DNA of 63,979 bases, filler included, from Octopus bimaculoides (Eukaryota): the NCBI RefSeq assembly GCF_001194135.2. It is 5 parts of 5 records of this genome, joined end to end, with 100 filler letters (N's around TTAATTAATTAA, not from the genome) between each part and the next. Parts side by side here need not be neighbours in the genome. Positions count along the whole stretch, not along the records: positions 27,490 to 55,659 come from NC_069001.1; 4 more parts are not named here. One strand, 5' to 3'. Positions 38,350-50,141 of the stretch are shown here, piece after piece. How positions within the stretch are numbered: the first letter of the stretch is position 1; each line of letters begins with the position of its first letter. A program made the position numbers and the translations under genes. Below the pieces are notes generated by a model, which made no database searches, had not been told where the DNA came from, and saw only the letters and a program-made list of their open reading frames with translations.

Positions 38350-38406
38350 GGAAGCCAGGTAAGCAAGCTACTTACCACACAGTCATTCCTACGCTTATGT
38401 ATTTAC

Positions 38407-38488
<82 letters not shown>

Positions 38489-38549
38489 AAAGAATAAGGA
38501 GGAAATGGAAAGGTAATTAATAAAATTATCTATTAATTATAAAATATGG

Positions 38550-38638
38550 CATCTCTGACAGCTGTTTCGATTCAGAAATCTTTAGATAATTAATTTACAA
38601 AACTGAAATCATTATAAGATGCATCTCTTCAGAGGTAG
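38550..38638 (-). ncRNA. Type I hammerhead ribozyme candidate
   Basis: CUGAAGA-GAUGCA...UGAAUC-GAAA-C(AGCU)GUC: complete core, palindromic helix III, GUC cleavage triplet. Confidence 0.65.
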
Positions 38639-38829
38639 TAAGGATATACCTCTTAGAAATACCCTATGATATTATATTAATCTCTTCTTTTCTTTCTTTA
38701 AGACATATAATAATATATACTACTCTCTCCCCCTATATTAGATTGGTTCCTTCTGTAGCCGGCTCTTTTTGTATATTTGCTATCAGTTAACGGTTTCATG
38801 GCCGTTATCTCAACATGTATTTCTAATCG

Positions 38830-38917
38830 GTACATCTGAAGAGATTCATCTTATAATGTTTTTATTTTATAAATTAATTATCGAAAGATTTCTGAATAGA
38901 AACAGCTGTCAGAGATG
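38830..38917 (+). ncRNA. Type I hammerhead ribozyme candidate (second arm)
   Basis: CUGAAGA (38836-38842) GAUUCA...UGAAUA-GAAA (38899-38902) CAGCUGUC; the helix II closing pair is mismatched. Confidence 0.55.
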
Positions 38918-39288
38918 GTGTCATATTTTATAATTAATAAATAATTTTATTAATTACCTCTCCATTTTCTCCTTATTTTTTAAATATATAAATATATGAA
39001 CCATGGTTTTTATGGTTACCTTATAGTTGATCTTTCTATAGATTGGTAACTAACCAGTATTTTCATTGGACTTATGATCCCTTNNNNNNNNNNNNNNNNN
39101 NNNNNNNNNNNNNNNNNNNNNNNNNNNNNNNNNNNNNNNNNNNNNNNNNNNNNNNNNNNNNNNNNNNNNNNNNNNNNNNNNNNNNNNNNNNNNNNNNNNN
39201 NNNNNNNNNNNNNNNNNNNNNNNNNNNNNNNNNNNNATATATACATATATATACATACACACATACACACACACACACGCACGCACAT

Positions 39289-39321
<33 letters not shown>

Positions 39322-39756
39322 CATACGTACATATATATATACATAATTACACACACACACACACACATATATATGTATGTGAGGTCGTTTACACTACTGG
39401 TACTGTGTAACCCAGTACGACTTGTCGCATGGTCGGTTCGTCGGTGACTAACCCCACCCTCATCAATTCCACTTGGTGAGGAGGGTGTGTATTGGACACC
39501 CTGCAAGACTAAAAACAGGACCTGTAAAAGGGTGAAAGAACTCGTAAGAGTCAACAGCTATCCAATTATTATATGGACATATGTATATAGTTGACTGAAT
39601 TGTGGATGTGTGTGCCAGATGCATGTTTTGTGTGGTGAACTGTGGGTGTATGTTGGGCATGTGTGTGTGTATATATATTTATTTACATTTTTAATTCTTG
39701 ATTATATGTATGTATATTGCGTGTACATGTTTTTTTCTTCATTTTTGAGGGGACTG

Positions 39757-39796
<40 letters not shown>

Positions 39797-40089
39797 GTCT
39801 TGCAGTTAGCCTTTGGTTGAGCAGAGACTGGGAGAAGGACACTCTGATATAAAACCACTGGAGCGGTTAAACTCAGGGATAATAAAACATGTGACCTCCA
39901 TAACCACCCAGTCATCTTGCCTTGGTTTGTCACTGGATATCAGATTTTGGGGGAGGAGTCGGTGCTATACGTGTCGTACAAGCGTGTGGCATTGATCTTT
40001 TAATGAGCAAATATCTCTTCAAGTCCCACGGCGATGGAATAGTAGCGACATGTGCAGAGTTAACGGGCTGGGAGCCCATATTCACAAAT

Positions 40090-42097
40090 CTGCATGTAGG
40101 CAGCTCAGGGCCCATCTAACGTCGCTGCATTGTTGAAAGAATAACAGCATGTCTCGGTGAGGTCGAGAACGTCTGAGCAGCCCTCTTTAGGGTAACACTG
40201 CTCATCCAGAAATCTGAGAAAGGTCCAGAAAAGGTGACCCAAACAAATGCCTGTTCTACCATTAAGCCAGTTAGCAACCTGCAGTTGACGGCTGTTCACT
40301 ACAACAGGAGGAATACAAAGAGAAAACATGCAAGCAAGAAATATAGATTATGGGTAGGTGTATGGAATGTCAGGACACTTCTTGATCGTGAAGGGTCAAG
40401 TAACCCTGAATGACGAACTGGCATAATAGCCAAGGAGTTGGCTCAGTATAACATTGACATTGCTGCACTCTCTGAAACTCAGTTGAGTGATGAAGATCAA
40501 TTGACAGAAACAGGTGCTGGATACACTTTCTTTTGGAAGAGTAAACCAAAGGGTGAAAAACAAGTAGGAGGTGTTAGCTTTGCCATTCGTACCGAGTTAA
40601 CCCACAAAATAGAACAACCTAATAATTTCAGTGATAGGATTATGTATCTTCGAGCTCCTCTATCATGCAATCGTTTTATGACTGTTATTTCTGTTTATGC
40701 TCCTACTCTTGACAGCAGCAGTGAATCTATTATGGCTTTCTATGAGGATCTCAGATCGGTTATGATTTTGATTCCAAATGCAGATAAGATTCTCCTTTTT
40801 GGCGATTTCAACACCTGTGTTGGATGTGATTATGAGATCTGGGATGCACTAGGGAGACATGGTTTGGGCAAAATGAACGCTAAAGGTTTCCATCTTCTTC
40901 AGCTCTGCACTGAACTTGATCTCATTATCTGCAACACTGTTTTTCATCAGAAGGATAACCATAAAGCTACCTGGATGCATCCAAGATCCAAACATGGGCA
41001 TATTCTTGATTACCTTATCACCAGGAAACAAGACCTTCCAGATGTTTGCACTGTCCGAGTCATGCGAGGTGCAGAATGTGAGACTGACCATATGCTCATA
41101 CACGGTAAATTGAAACTCCGCATTATGCATAGAATAAGATCTGGAGGAATAAAAATCCCTAAACGTACTGATGTGTTGAAGTTAAGGGACTCTAAGGTGC
41201 AGGTGAATCTTAGAAATGCTATTGGAGAAGCGGAATTTGATGGAACTTGGGATCAGTTTAAGACCACTGTTTACAATGCTGGAGTTGAGGTTCTTGGTCT
41301 CAGAAACAGAACACATCGGGACTGGTTTGATGAAAACGATCTACAGAAAAATAAACTTCTTGAGGATAAAAATAAGTTGCATCGAAAATACCTCGGTGCC
41401 CCAGATGAGGATAAAAAGCCGTTACTGTAGTCTCTCAAAAGGATAAAATCATCACTCCAAAGAAAGATACAGCAAATGAAAAACAAATGGTGGTCGGATA
41501 TCTCTGAAAAAATCCAGAAAGTGTATAACAGTAAAAACCTGAAAACAGTATACCACTTGATCGGACAAGTGTTTGGTCCTCGGTCATCATTTGTAGTACC
41601 ACTCAAGCCTAAAGACATCTGCTTTCTCTTCAAGGATCATGAGGATATTATGAAACGTTGAACTGAGCACTTCACTGATCTCTTTCATATTCCTTCAGTT
41701 ATTGATGAAAATGTCATCAGTAATCTGCCCCAAAAGGATATCATTAATGAGATGATGGATCATCCAATTATAGATGAGATCAAAAAGACAATCAAAGAAT
41801 TAAATACTGGGAGGGCACCAGGTTTTGACGGTATTCCTGTTGAAGTTCTCCTCCATGGGTGTAATAGGCTTGCTGTAGAGATCCACCATCTAATATCAGA
41901 CACCTGGTTGGGTGCTCCTGTTCTCCAGGATTGGATTGATGCTATTTTAATTTTATTGCTCAAAGGGAAAGGATCCAAATCCGATTGTGGCATTTACAGA
42001 GGTGTAAGCCTGTTTGAAATAGTTGGTAAGGTTTTTGAAAAACTTTTACTTAATCGGCTAACAATGTGGATATGCCCCTCTGTCATCCTGGAGAGTC
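40090..42097 (+). mobile_element. RTE-clade LINE: 5' region, APE endonuclease and start of RT, truncated by an insertion
   Basis: VWNVRTLLD, IDIAALSET, SVYAPT, GDFN, TWMHPRSKHGHILDY, RAPGFDGIP, YRGVSL; stops at SVILES. Confidence 0.92.
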
Positions 42098-42100
42098 TAA

Positions 42101-43561
42101 TTTTTTTTATTACCTATAAAAGCTAAATGTAGATGCTTGACAACAAATACAGCACATAAAGACAATATAAAACAACAAAACATAAACTCGGGAACTAAAA
42201 ATTACAAAAAGATGAAATAAGAAAAAAATAAAAGAAACGAATGATAATATGAAAGAATGAAAATAAGTCGAGTGGTTAAATTTTTCCCACTCTTTTCTCT
42301 TTTTCATGCATTATTGTTCACAGTCTTTTTTTCCCAAAGTTCACATTAGTACATTATTTCTTTTTTCCAGTCTTTCCTTTCTTTCAAATTACAAGTTCCA
42401 ATTATTTGTATCTCCATTCTTTTCAACACATCATATTCTACTACAGAAGGTGGAGTCTCATACAACCATAACCCTTCTGCTGTAATCATATGTTCAAAAA
42501 ATGCCTCCATAAATCTCATACTTTTCATCAGGTATCCAAACACCTCTGTCATCCACATCGAATTTCTCTGTTGGTAGCTTCACTCTCACCACTCCCTTCC
42601 ATTTCGCAATTTTTCTCTCCACACTTTTCCCATACACTACCAGGAAACCCTTATATATGCACTCTTCTTCTATTGTTTTTTCCTCTCTCTCTCTTGTGTA
42701 TTTTTGGCTTCAAGTCATTCCTTACTTTTCTGTGACTTCTGCTAAATGCTTCCTTGCCTTTGTTCTCTTCCTTCTTTTGGGGCTGACAAACCCGTCACTG
42801 CCCTCCTTTGCTTCTTTCACCTCACCCTTTTCCTTCTCTTTAACTTCCTGGGTACAATCCTCCTCGTTTTTATCTTTCCTTGTATGTAATTTCTCTTCCG
42901 TCTCCCTCCCCTGCTCCTTCTCCTCAATCTTCTTGCTATGCGTGTACTCAAACAAGGGGCACTGAGTCTTCGTGTGACCCCCTCATACCGCATATGTAAC
43001 AGTTTGGTTTCCGTCCCACCACAACTACATTCATTGCCTTTTCTTCCTCTATCTCAATCTGGTAGGGGATCCCTTCGATGGCCTGAAATCTTGCAAACAG
43101 CCACATCTCGACCCCGAATCACCACCAGTTCAGCTTTTGGGTCTCTCCAACTGGTCCAAGTTCTGTGACTTGTGCCTCCGACACCACTTCTACTTTTCTA
43201 GTTGCCACCACGTGCGTTCTGTAGACGTTTGTTCTCTCTACCTTATCTTTTAACACTTCTTTGGGGGGCACCTTCACATCGTTCCCCTCCCTTTCAAGCA
43301 TTTCCTTGAACTTGCTTATCTCCTCCAGACTTACGTCTTCAATTCTTCTCTTTGCCGCTGCTGCATAATTCTTAGTGTCCATTTGTTTGTCAATCTTCTT
43401 CAAACATTTAACTAATTCTTCTTCGGACGACTCAAATTCTGAAGAATACTTCAACTTCTCACTCCCCATTATACAAGAGGAAAAACGTCGCATTGCCAGG
43501 ACACAAAAATAACACGCGTGTAACACTCAAAGACAACAATTCAACTAATAAACGCTATACC
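42101..43561 (-). mobile_element. Copy B1 of the RT-less ORF1-type element
   Basis: 5' end CGGTATAGCG as in A1. SSEFESSEEELVKCLKKIDKQ. CYICGMRGHTKTQC after a 1-nt frameshift. Small ORF ERKIAKWKGVVRVKL...GLWLYETPPSVVEYDVLKRME. 3' AATAAAAAAAA. Confidence 0.8.
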
Positions 43562-43605
43562 GGAAGCAAGCTTCTTTATTCTATGACAGTACGAAAGACC
43601 TCACA

Positions 43606-44781
43606 TAGAAGTGGTGCTTCTACCCGTATACCTCGGGAGACGTACTTCCAGGGTTAGGGTAGAATACATACCACCAGAAGTGGATGTAGCCAGGCTGGTA
43701 GCTGCCATACTACCAGACATGGAGGAGAAGGTGGTGGTCCTCCAGGCCACCAGAATACCCCACAGGAACTGGCAAGGCCAAAGCCTGGACATGGTGCTAC
43801 AGGTTGCCTTGGAAAATATCAATAGTATGGTAGAGAATATTACGGTCGGCGACGTTACACTGAAAGTCAGAGTGGAAGGGAGGATCCGCAGTGCTATGTG
43901 GCCTGAATGGTCACATTAGAGCGGATTGTACTCCAACACCTGTGAAGGTTAAGGAAAGACAAGACCCCAAGAAATTAGTTGACACTGCACTGACCGTGGA
44001 GGCTGAAGAGAGGCGTGAGAACAAGAGTGAAACGGCAGCACAGAAGAAAACAAGTACCAGCGTCGAGGAAGAGGAGGCGAACACCAGCTGAAAAATGGTA
44101 GGAAAAAAGAGAAGGAAGAGGAGAAAGAGGATACACGTTGTAAAGAATGAGCCCCCAAACCACACGGCTCCCACCTACACCCACTCTACTCCAACCAGTC
44201 TCTACAAACACCAACCCTCCCCATGCCCTGTGACAAAAACACAAGCGCAAACACACAGGAGCCTCAAATTTACCCACCCCGCCCCGTAATGAAAAATATG
44301 TGATAATGTACAACGGACAAAACGAAGAACTTTACGATGAGATAGACTCGTGGGACGGAGTAATAAAAGTGGATGTAACGGAAGTAAGGGGTCTTCCCGA
44401 GTACGTTCGCTGTGCATTAGCGGGACCCAGAGTATCTGTTCAGATACTGTTCAGGATTATGTGGAAAACTTTGACTGCGAGTGGTGGGTCAAGAAAACAG
44501 GCACCAGCACAATGCCTGAACGGGTAAGCTATTTTGATATTCTAAAGAATATAGACATTTTGCGGAAAAGTGGAGATTAGCTGTTGCAAATGGTGTTGTA
44601 AACAGTGTTGTTAACTAGCATTCTAAAAAAGTTGTATTAACAGGTTTAATGAAGTCACTCGGAGGTGGGGGCCGAACGCCTTCGTTTCATTTTATCTCAT
44701 TCATCTTTTCCATTCATTTTGTTTTTTCCCCACCTTGTGCTGTCCCCTATGTACGGACTTCATGGCCAATTTCATGAAATA
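43606..44781 (+). mobile_element. 5'-truncated copy A2 of the RT-less ORF1-type element
   Basis: LPVYLGRRTSRVRVEYIPPEVDVARLVAAIL; knuckle remnant CGLNGHIRADC; small ORF 44306-44580; 3' end followed by aagacgcttgcttcc and the SINE body. Confidence 0.82.
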
Positions 44782-45090
44782 AAGACGCTTGCTTCCCAGC
44801 CACATGGTTCCGGGTTCAGTCCCACTGCGTGGTAACTTTGGCTAGGGTATTCTACTATAGCCCTGAGCTGATCAAAGCCTTGTGAGTGGGTTTGATAGGT
44901 GGAAACTGAAAAGAAGCTCATCATGTGTATTTATCAATGTATGTTTGTTCCCCATCACTGACAACCGGTGTTGATGTGTTTGCGTCCCGTAACTTAGTTG
45001 TTCAGCAAAAAAGACAAAAATTGTACCAGGCTTTATAGAAATAAGTCCTTGTGTTAATTTGTTCGACAAAAACCCTTCCAGGTGAAGTCC
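44782..45090 (+). mobile_element. tRNA-derived SINE body downstream of the target site
   Basis: gcttgcttcccagccacatggttccgggttcagtcccactgcgtgg... Confidence 0.8.
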
Positions 45091-47459
45091 CAGTGTGTTA
45101 AAATCATTGATTACTATTGAATTTGTTTCATCAAACCAGGCGAATTTGAATTGAAAATCCTAACGAGTATCGCTATGTTCCCCCACCCTCGTTCCACCGA
45201 TTCTATCAACTATCTTCAACAGAAAACAACGCGAGACCCTCACCCAGCTCTAGAAGTAGCAGCCAGATTTCCCCTCAAATCCCACAACCATCTTGAAAAA
45301 ATAAAGGAAAAAATTCGCGTTGGATAATGTGGTTCTGGCTTCTCTGCACGTGATGATCATGGCTGGGATGCCTTCGATCACAGGTCTATTCGATGGTGAT
45401 TGACCTAGGGCTAAACAACCGCTTTTACGATTTCAAATCTCGATAGGTAATAATGTTACCCGGCTATATTTTGAGACGTGTGTATATCATTGTTTACATC
45501 GACCACATTGGTTGGCAGGTATTTAATTTATAGGCCTTAGAAGATCCTGAGAGGATGCAACCAATATACGTCGTAATTCGTCTGATGCCCTACTCATTCT
45601 GCCAATCTGAGAGACTTCTAAACATTGGCCCAAATGCCTCAGGAGGTGTGGTAGAGTTAGCCTACGAGGGGGTGCCTAAAGGTTACTGGCGTAAGGGTCA
45701 CGCGAAAGGTCCGGTTGGAAACTCAACCTTCCGAGTTCTTTTACAGGGTTAGAAAAACTGAAGGACCAAGTGTGTGAATCAGAGAGGAATATGTTGAGTA
45801 AAATAATAATGAACTGATCCTTCAGTATTTTCTTTTCAGCGCCCCCTTGTAGTCGATTAGAATTACTCTAGTGTTTATCTGGTATTTATTTTATCAATCC
45901 ACCCCTGGAAGGATCAATGGTTAAGCTGACCTAGCGGGATTTGAACTCAGAACGGACATGACTGTGACTAAATATCGAAAAACATTTTATCTAACGCTCT
46001 AACGATTATCACGAATCTACCATCTGAGGGATGTAATTAATTTCTTACCTAGACAAGGCCAAAATTGTAGAGGCGGGGAAGGCCTGCCAAAAAAAAAAAA
46101 AAAAAAAAAAAAAAAAGAAAAAGAAAAGGAAAGTAAAGTTATATTAATCCTTCCCCTTCTATTAGTATTTCAACAACTACCGATGACCAAAGCTGGATTT
46201 TGAACTTCTAATTTAAGTATCTATAATTAAACACTGCCAAATATTTTAAAAGGATAAAGAGGAATATAGTAAGTCATTTCGTTCGGCACCGCCGTTTGTC
46301 ATTCTGCCACTAAACCTTTGTGTCTAGTTAATGGTTTCATTCTTTCAAGACCCCAAAACGCTGGACTGCGCGATATTCATGCCTATCCAATTACCATCAA
46401 TTCTCTTATTTCTGGGTGTGTACACAGTAGCCACAAACTGGATTTGAACCAGGTACCTAGCTTCCTTCTCTACTTGGTTATTGAGGAAGAACGATCGTAG
46501 TATGAGTGCCCCCGTAACATTGTCGTAGAAAATGAAACGAACTTGCAAACAAACAAAACGTGAAAGATTCTCCTACACTACGAGGGCTTACCGTTTGCAT
46601 TAATGTATGATAGTTTCAGCGATAAAGAGGCTAAACAATTTCTGGAATTACAAGGATCCAGTTGAGAAGATGAATTGACCACGTAGTTTATCTGCTAGTA
46701 AAATAAATGGTTGCACTTTATGATCAGATGAATTTAATTACAATTGAGACTAATCAAAGAGAGATTGACCTAATCCTGCTATGATTAATCTTCTACATTG
46801 AATAACAATCCCCTCAGTTCCAATAACAAAAATTGGGTCACAACAAAAACCCTCATCTCAATTCGAATAATTGTAAATACATTTCATTCGGGCCACTGAA
46901 GCCCTTTTGTGACTTGCTAGAAATAACCGAACAGACAAAGATATGTTCTAAGAAAGTTGAGGTGGTCATGACTGGAATAATCTTGAAATTAGCTCAATCA
47001 ATGATAAGTAACTTTTCCAAAGCTCAACCCACCAACTCCTATTAACCACTTATCGGTCCTGTGTATTACAGGACATTTCTTCCACGTTCATGAACATGAT
47101 TTTTTGTTTGTTTTCATTATTCCCTCAACCAGAGTAACGTGGGACTTAAGGCAAAAGCTTTATTATTCAGAACATTAAGCACCAAGTCTGAAAGCAAGCA
47201 TGGATGTTCAGGACAAACTTGCGATTACTCTTTGTATAAGCAAAGGGGTAAATATATTACCATTTTTAAGTGCACTACTCCCTGGAGCGGGGCTGTTAAA
47301 ACCCAGACACTCCTCTTGCCTCAATCCTTTCTGCGTGCAAAGGATTCCATCAGGCACCAAAAGGAGGAAAAAAAAAAAAAATAAGACCCGTTCTACACAA
47401 CCAAGCTTGAACCTTTAGTACCAACCAGTGTCAGATAAATGCATAAAATTTGTGTATCA

Positions 47460-47497
<38 letters not shown>

Positions 47498-47699
47498 TTT
47501 TTAAAGACTAAGTTTATTTCAAATTTATTTGGAATTACTGTATTAAAGATTAAACATTATCAAAAATCACAAGTTGTTTGTACAGTATTTAAATTAGTTT
47601 TCTTTAAACAGAAAATATTTTTATTTAAAAAATTATCAAGTTAATGCCATTAAAACTTATTTTTTGGTACATTCATACTTCTGTAAAAGTGACTTAAAA

Positions 47700-48790
47700 A
47701 TTTAAAATTGTACAGTGAGTATTTATATTTCAGGGTAGACTGAAAAGGTCATTGGTTGAGAAAGATACCTTCATGGAATGAAATCGATTTTTCAGCCTCT
47801 TGCGGTCCACAGTTCTTTCGTGGCTGTTGCGGCTCTTTAATCCAAAAGATTTCATCCTGCTGTTCAAAAAAGTCAATCGATATGACGTTATCGTGATTTT
47901 GATTCCAAGCCAAGCGCGGTTTTATCATGTTGAGGATGAGCGAGTCAGGTGGGACCAAAATCAAGAGAGTAATCAACCAATTTAAAGCCAGTCACGTACA
48001 ACAGCTATCGAAGCCCAAAACTTCTATGCTTCAGTACCGTCCTGATGAAACGAAACTTTTCGTCAGTTTTCCTTTCGTAACTGCGTCAGCAAATTGGCAT
48101 CGGACTCTCCATTGACGGTGTGGATTTTTTGAAGAGTCAAACGATACCCTTCGCATTACAAATGGTCAAGGCCATCACTATCCCTGCAAATGAAACAACC
48201 ATCTTTGGAGCAGCTGAAGAGGATTATCTCCACTGCATGGATAAAGCCAATGCGCTCCCTGGGGTAGGAAATGTTCAAGGAAAACCAGCTGATCTACGTC
48301 AAATGATGTCGGATTTTCCCCGCGATATGATCAGCCTTGTGTACTTTCGATCAAGTGTCAGAAGATGTGGCACCCATCGAGTAGAAACTTTCGTCTGGCC
48401 CAGTTCATCGTGTAGAAGAGTCTTAATTCCCATGGGATATACTAATATTGGCTATTTGATACATAGCTAATCGCTTGTTACACATGTGAACACGATCAAC
48501 GTTTTTCCTCTAGCGACAGTTGCAGGACGTGCAGACGTTGAGTCATCTTCAAGACTTCGCTTCCCTCCTAAATTCAGCTGCCCACTTTCGCACTGTTGAT
48601 AAAGTTGTAGGGTCATCACCTAATATAACAAACATGGGGGAACAAGCCCTTTCTTCGCTGGTACTGGAGACGACAATGCTAATTTTTGTCGATTTCTAAG
48701 AGCAGTTGTTACTAGTTTTAATTTTTTTTTTTAAAGTATTTTTTGAACAGTCAACAGTCATTTTACATGGAAAGAAATAACAGTTATTAA
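47700..48790 (-). mobile_element. Degenerate mariner (DD34D-type) transposase
   Basis: Minus strand gives GDDPTTLSTVRKWAAEFRR / SLEDD...RPAT (HTH region), followed by decayed catalytic-domain sequence. Confidence 0.8.
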
Positions 48791-49421
48791 AAGTGGAAAT
48801 TAATGCATGCGAGATTTAACTGCTCTATCACTTCTTGAATGGCAGCGTGTGAACTTGTCAGCCCACCTCTCGTACAATTTGATGCAAGCGAGAGCGTTTC
48901 TTGATAGACTCAAGTTAACGAACAGATTTTATTGCACCCGACATTTGTGGAAAGGGAATATCTGATAAATACGAATCCAGTCTAGAAAAAAAGAAAACGG
49001 GATTTGAAGGTCAGAACGTCTTTGCTTCGTCGGTCATTGAGAATTTTCAAAAAGATTGGAATTTTCCATTCAATTGCGGTCATTTAGGTGCAAGCGTTCG
49101 ATACGACGGTAAGCTTCGTACATACTTTCAATAGTTAAAAATTGCGGTACTCTTGAACAAGTTTGATAAGTTAAACCGGATTTTTTGTAGAAGTTCGAAC
49201 CTTTCCTCTGCTTACATCTAGCCTTTGAATTTGTAAAGGAAGCTGGTAAACAGGAACATAAACAAATAGTTAATGACAACAGTTTTAGTGGTTAAGGTTT
49301 TAGAAAAAAAAAATCAGAACGGGGATTAAATCTCAAATTAAACAGGAAGGAAAAAATATTTCACAGCGGTTAAAGTTCTTAATAAAACGTGTCGTGGGTA
49401 TAAGTTAATAAATCTAGTCAT

Positions 49422-50141
49422 TCAGAAGTGCGTTGGAATTGCAGGAACTGGTGTTTCACGCAAGTATTTGCGATAAAACAGGTAAACACAGAGAACAACT
49501 AATCCAATACAAACAACAATAAATAACCAGAAAGCCAAGGTCCTCATTTTGGAATCATGTTCAGGTGGAGCAGTCGTTGAAAAATACAAGTAGGTTATTA
49601 AGTCTATTTCGGTTGTGGTAGTTATAACTCCGTTGGTTGGAGTTCTGGTAGAAATGGTACCGGATGTTTTGACCGTTTCATTAGGTAGCAGAAAGTAAAG
49701 AGGAGTGGTAAGGGTTGCGTTTGCCAACCCATTCTTTGTCGTCGGTTTCAAGTTCAGTGTTTCAGTGATGTTGGAGGACAACAATGATTGTGTACGGTAC
49801 AGACTGGTAGGTTCAGAGTTAGATTCTGTAGAATTTCGTTCAGCTTCTGTTGTCGTACTCAAGTTAGCAACAACAGAATGGATAGAACTTGAGCTGGTTC
49901 TAAACTTATCGAACGCAGTATAGTTTCGAGATAATCCCAGCGACGGCAAAGTGTCATGTGAAGACTGCTTTAAATTGTTGACAGCAGCTGGGATTGGAGG
50001 CTGGCTGACGGAAGCTTCTAGAAGATTTGCTGCAACATTTCGAGAGATATTCTCTTTGGCAAACACATGCATCCGCTGGGTGACGGATAACAGCCAAACT
50101 TGTGTAACGGTCAAACATAATAAATAAAGAATTCCTTCCAT
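49422..50141 (-). CDS. Orphan single-pass mucin-like membrane glycoprotein, 239 aa
   Basis: Stop-free 780-bp frame. Met at 50141 starts a signal-like N-terminus (MEGILYLLCLTVTQVWLLSVT). S/T-rich ectodomain with seven sequons (NIS, NYT, NLS, NST, NIT, NAT, NET). TM LAFWLFIVVCIGLVVLCVYLFY, then the basic stop-transfer RKYLR and a short tail. Confidence 0.8.
   Translation of the reverse strand: MEGILYLLCLTVTQVWLLSVTQRMHVFAKENISRNVAANLLEASVSQPPIPAAVNNLKQSSHDTLPSLGLSRNYTAFDKFRTSSSSIHSVVANLSTTTEAERNSTESNSEPTSLYRTQSLLSSNITETLNLKPTTKNGLANATLTTPLYFLLPNETVKTSGTISTRTPTNGVITTTTEIDLITYLYFSTTAPPEHDSKMRTLAFWLFIVVCIGLVVLCVYLFYRKYLRETPVPAIPTHF

Larger units (their letters stand above)
38489..38983. repeat. 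~150-bp inverted repeat pair (38489-38640 and 38826-38983), Penelope pLTR-like
   Basis: Arms are reverse complements and each contains a hammerhead core. Confidence 0.8.

Noticed and set aside
48041-48055. CTGATGAAACGAAAC hammerhead-like string
   Set aside because: It lies inside antisense mariner coding sequence and no supporting helices were found.
48120-48470. 116-aa plus-strand ORF
   Set aside because: It is the antisense shadow of the minus-strand mariner transposase.
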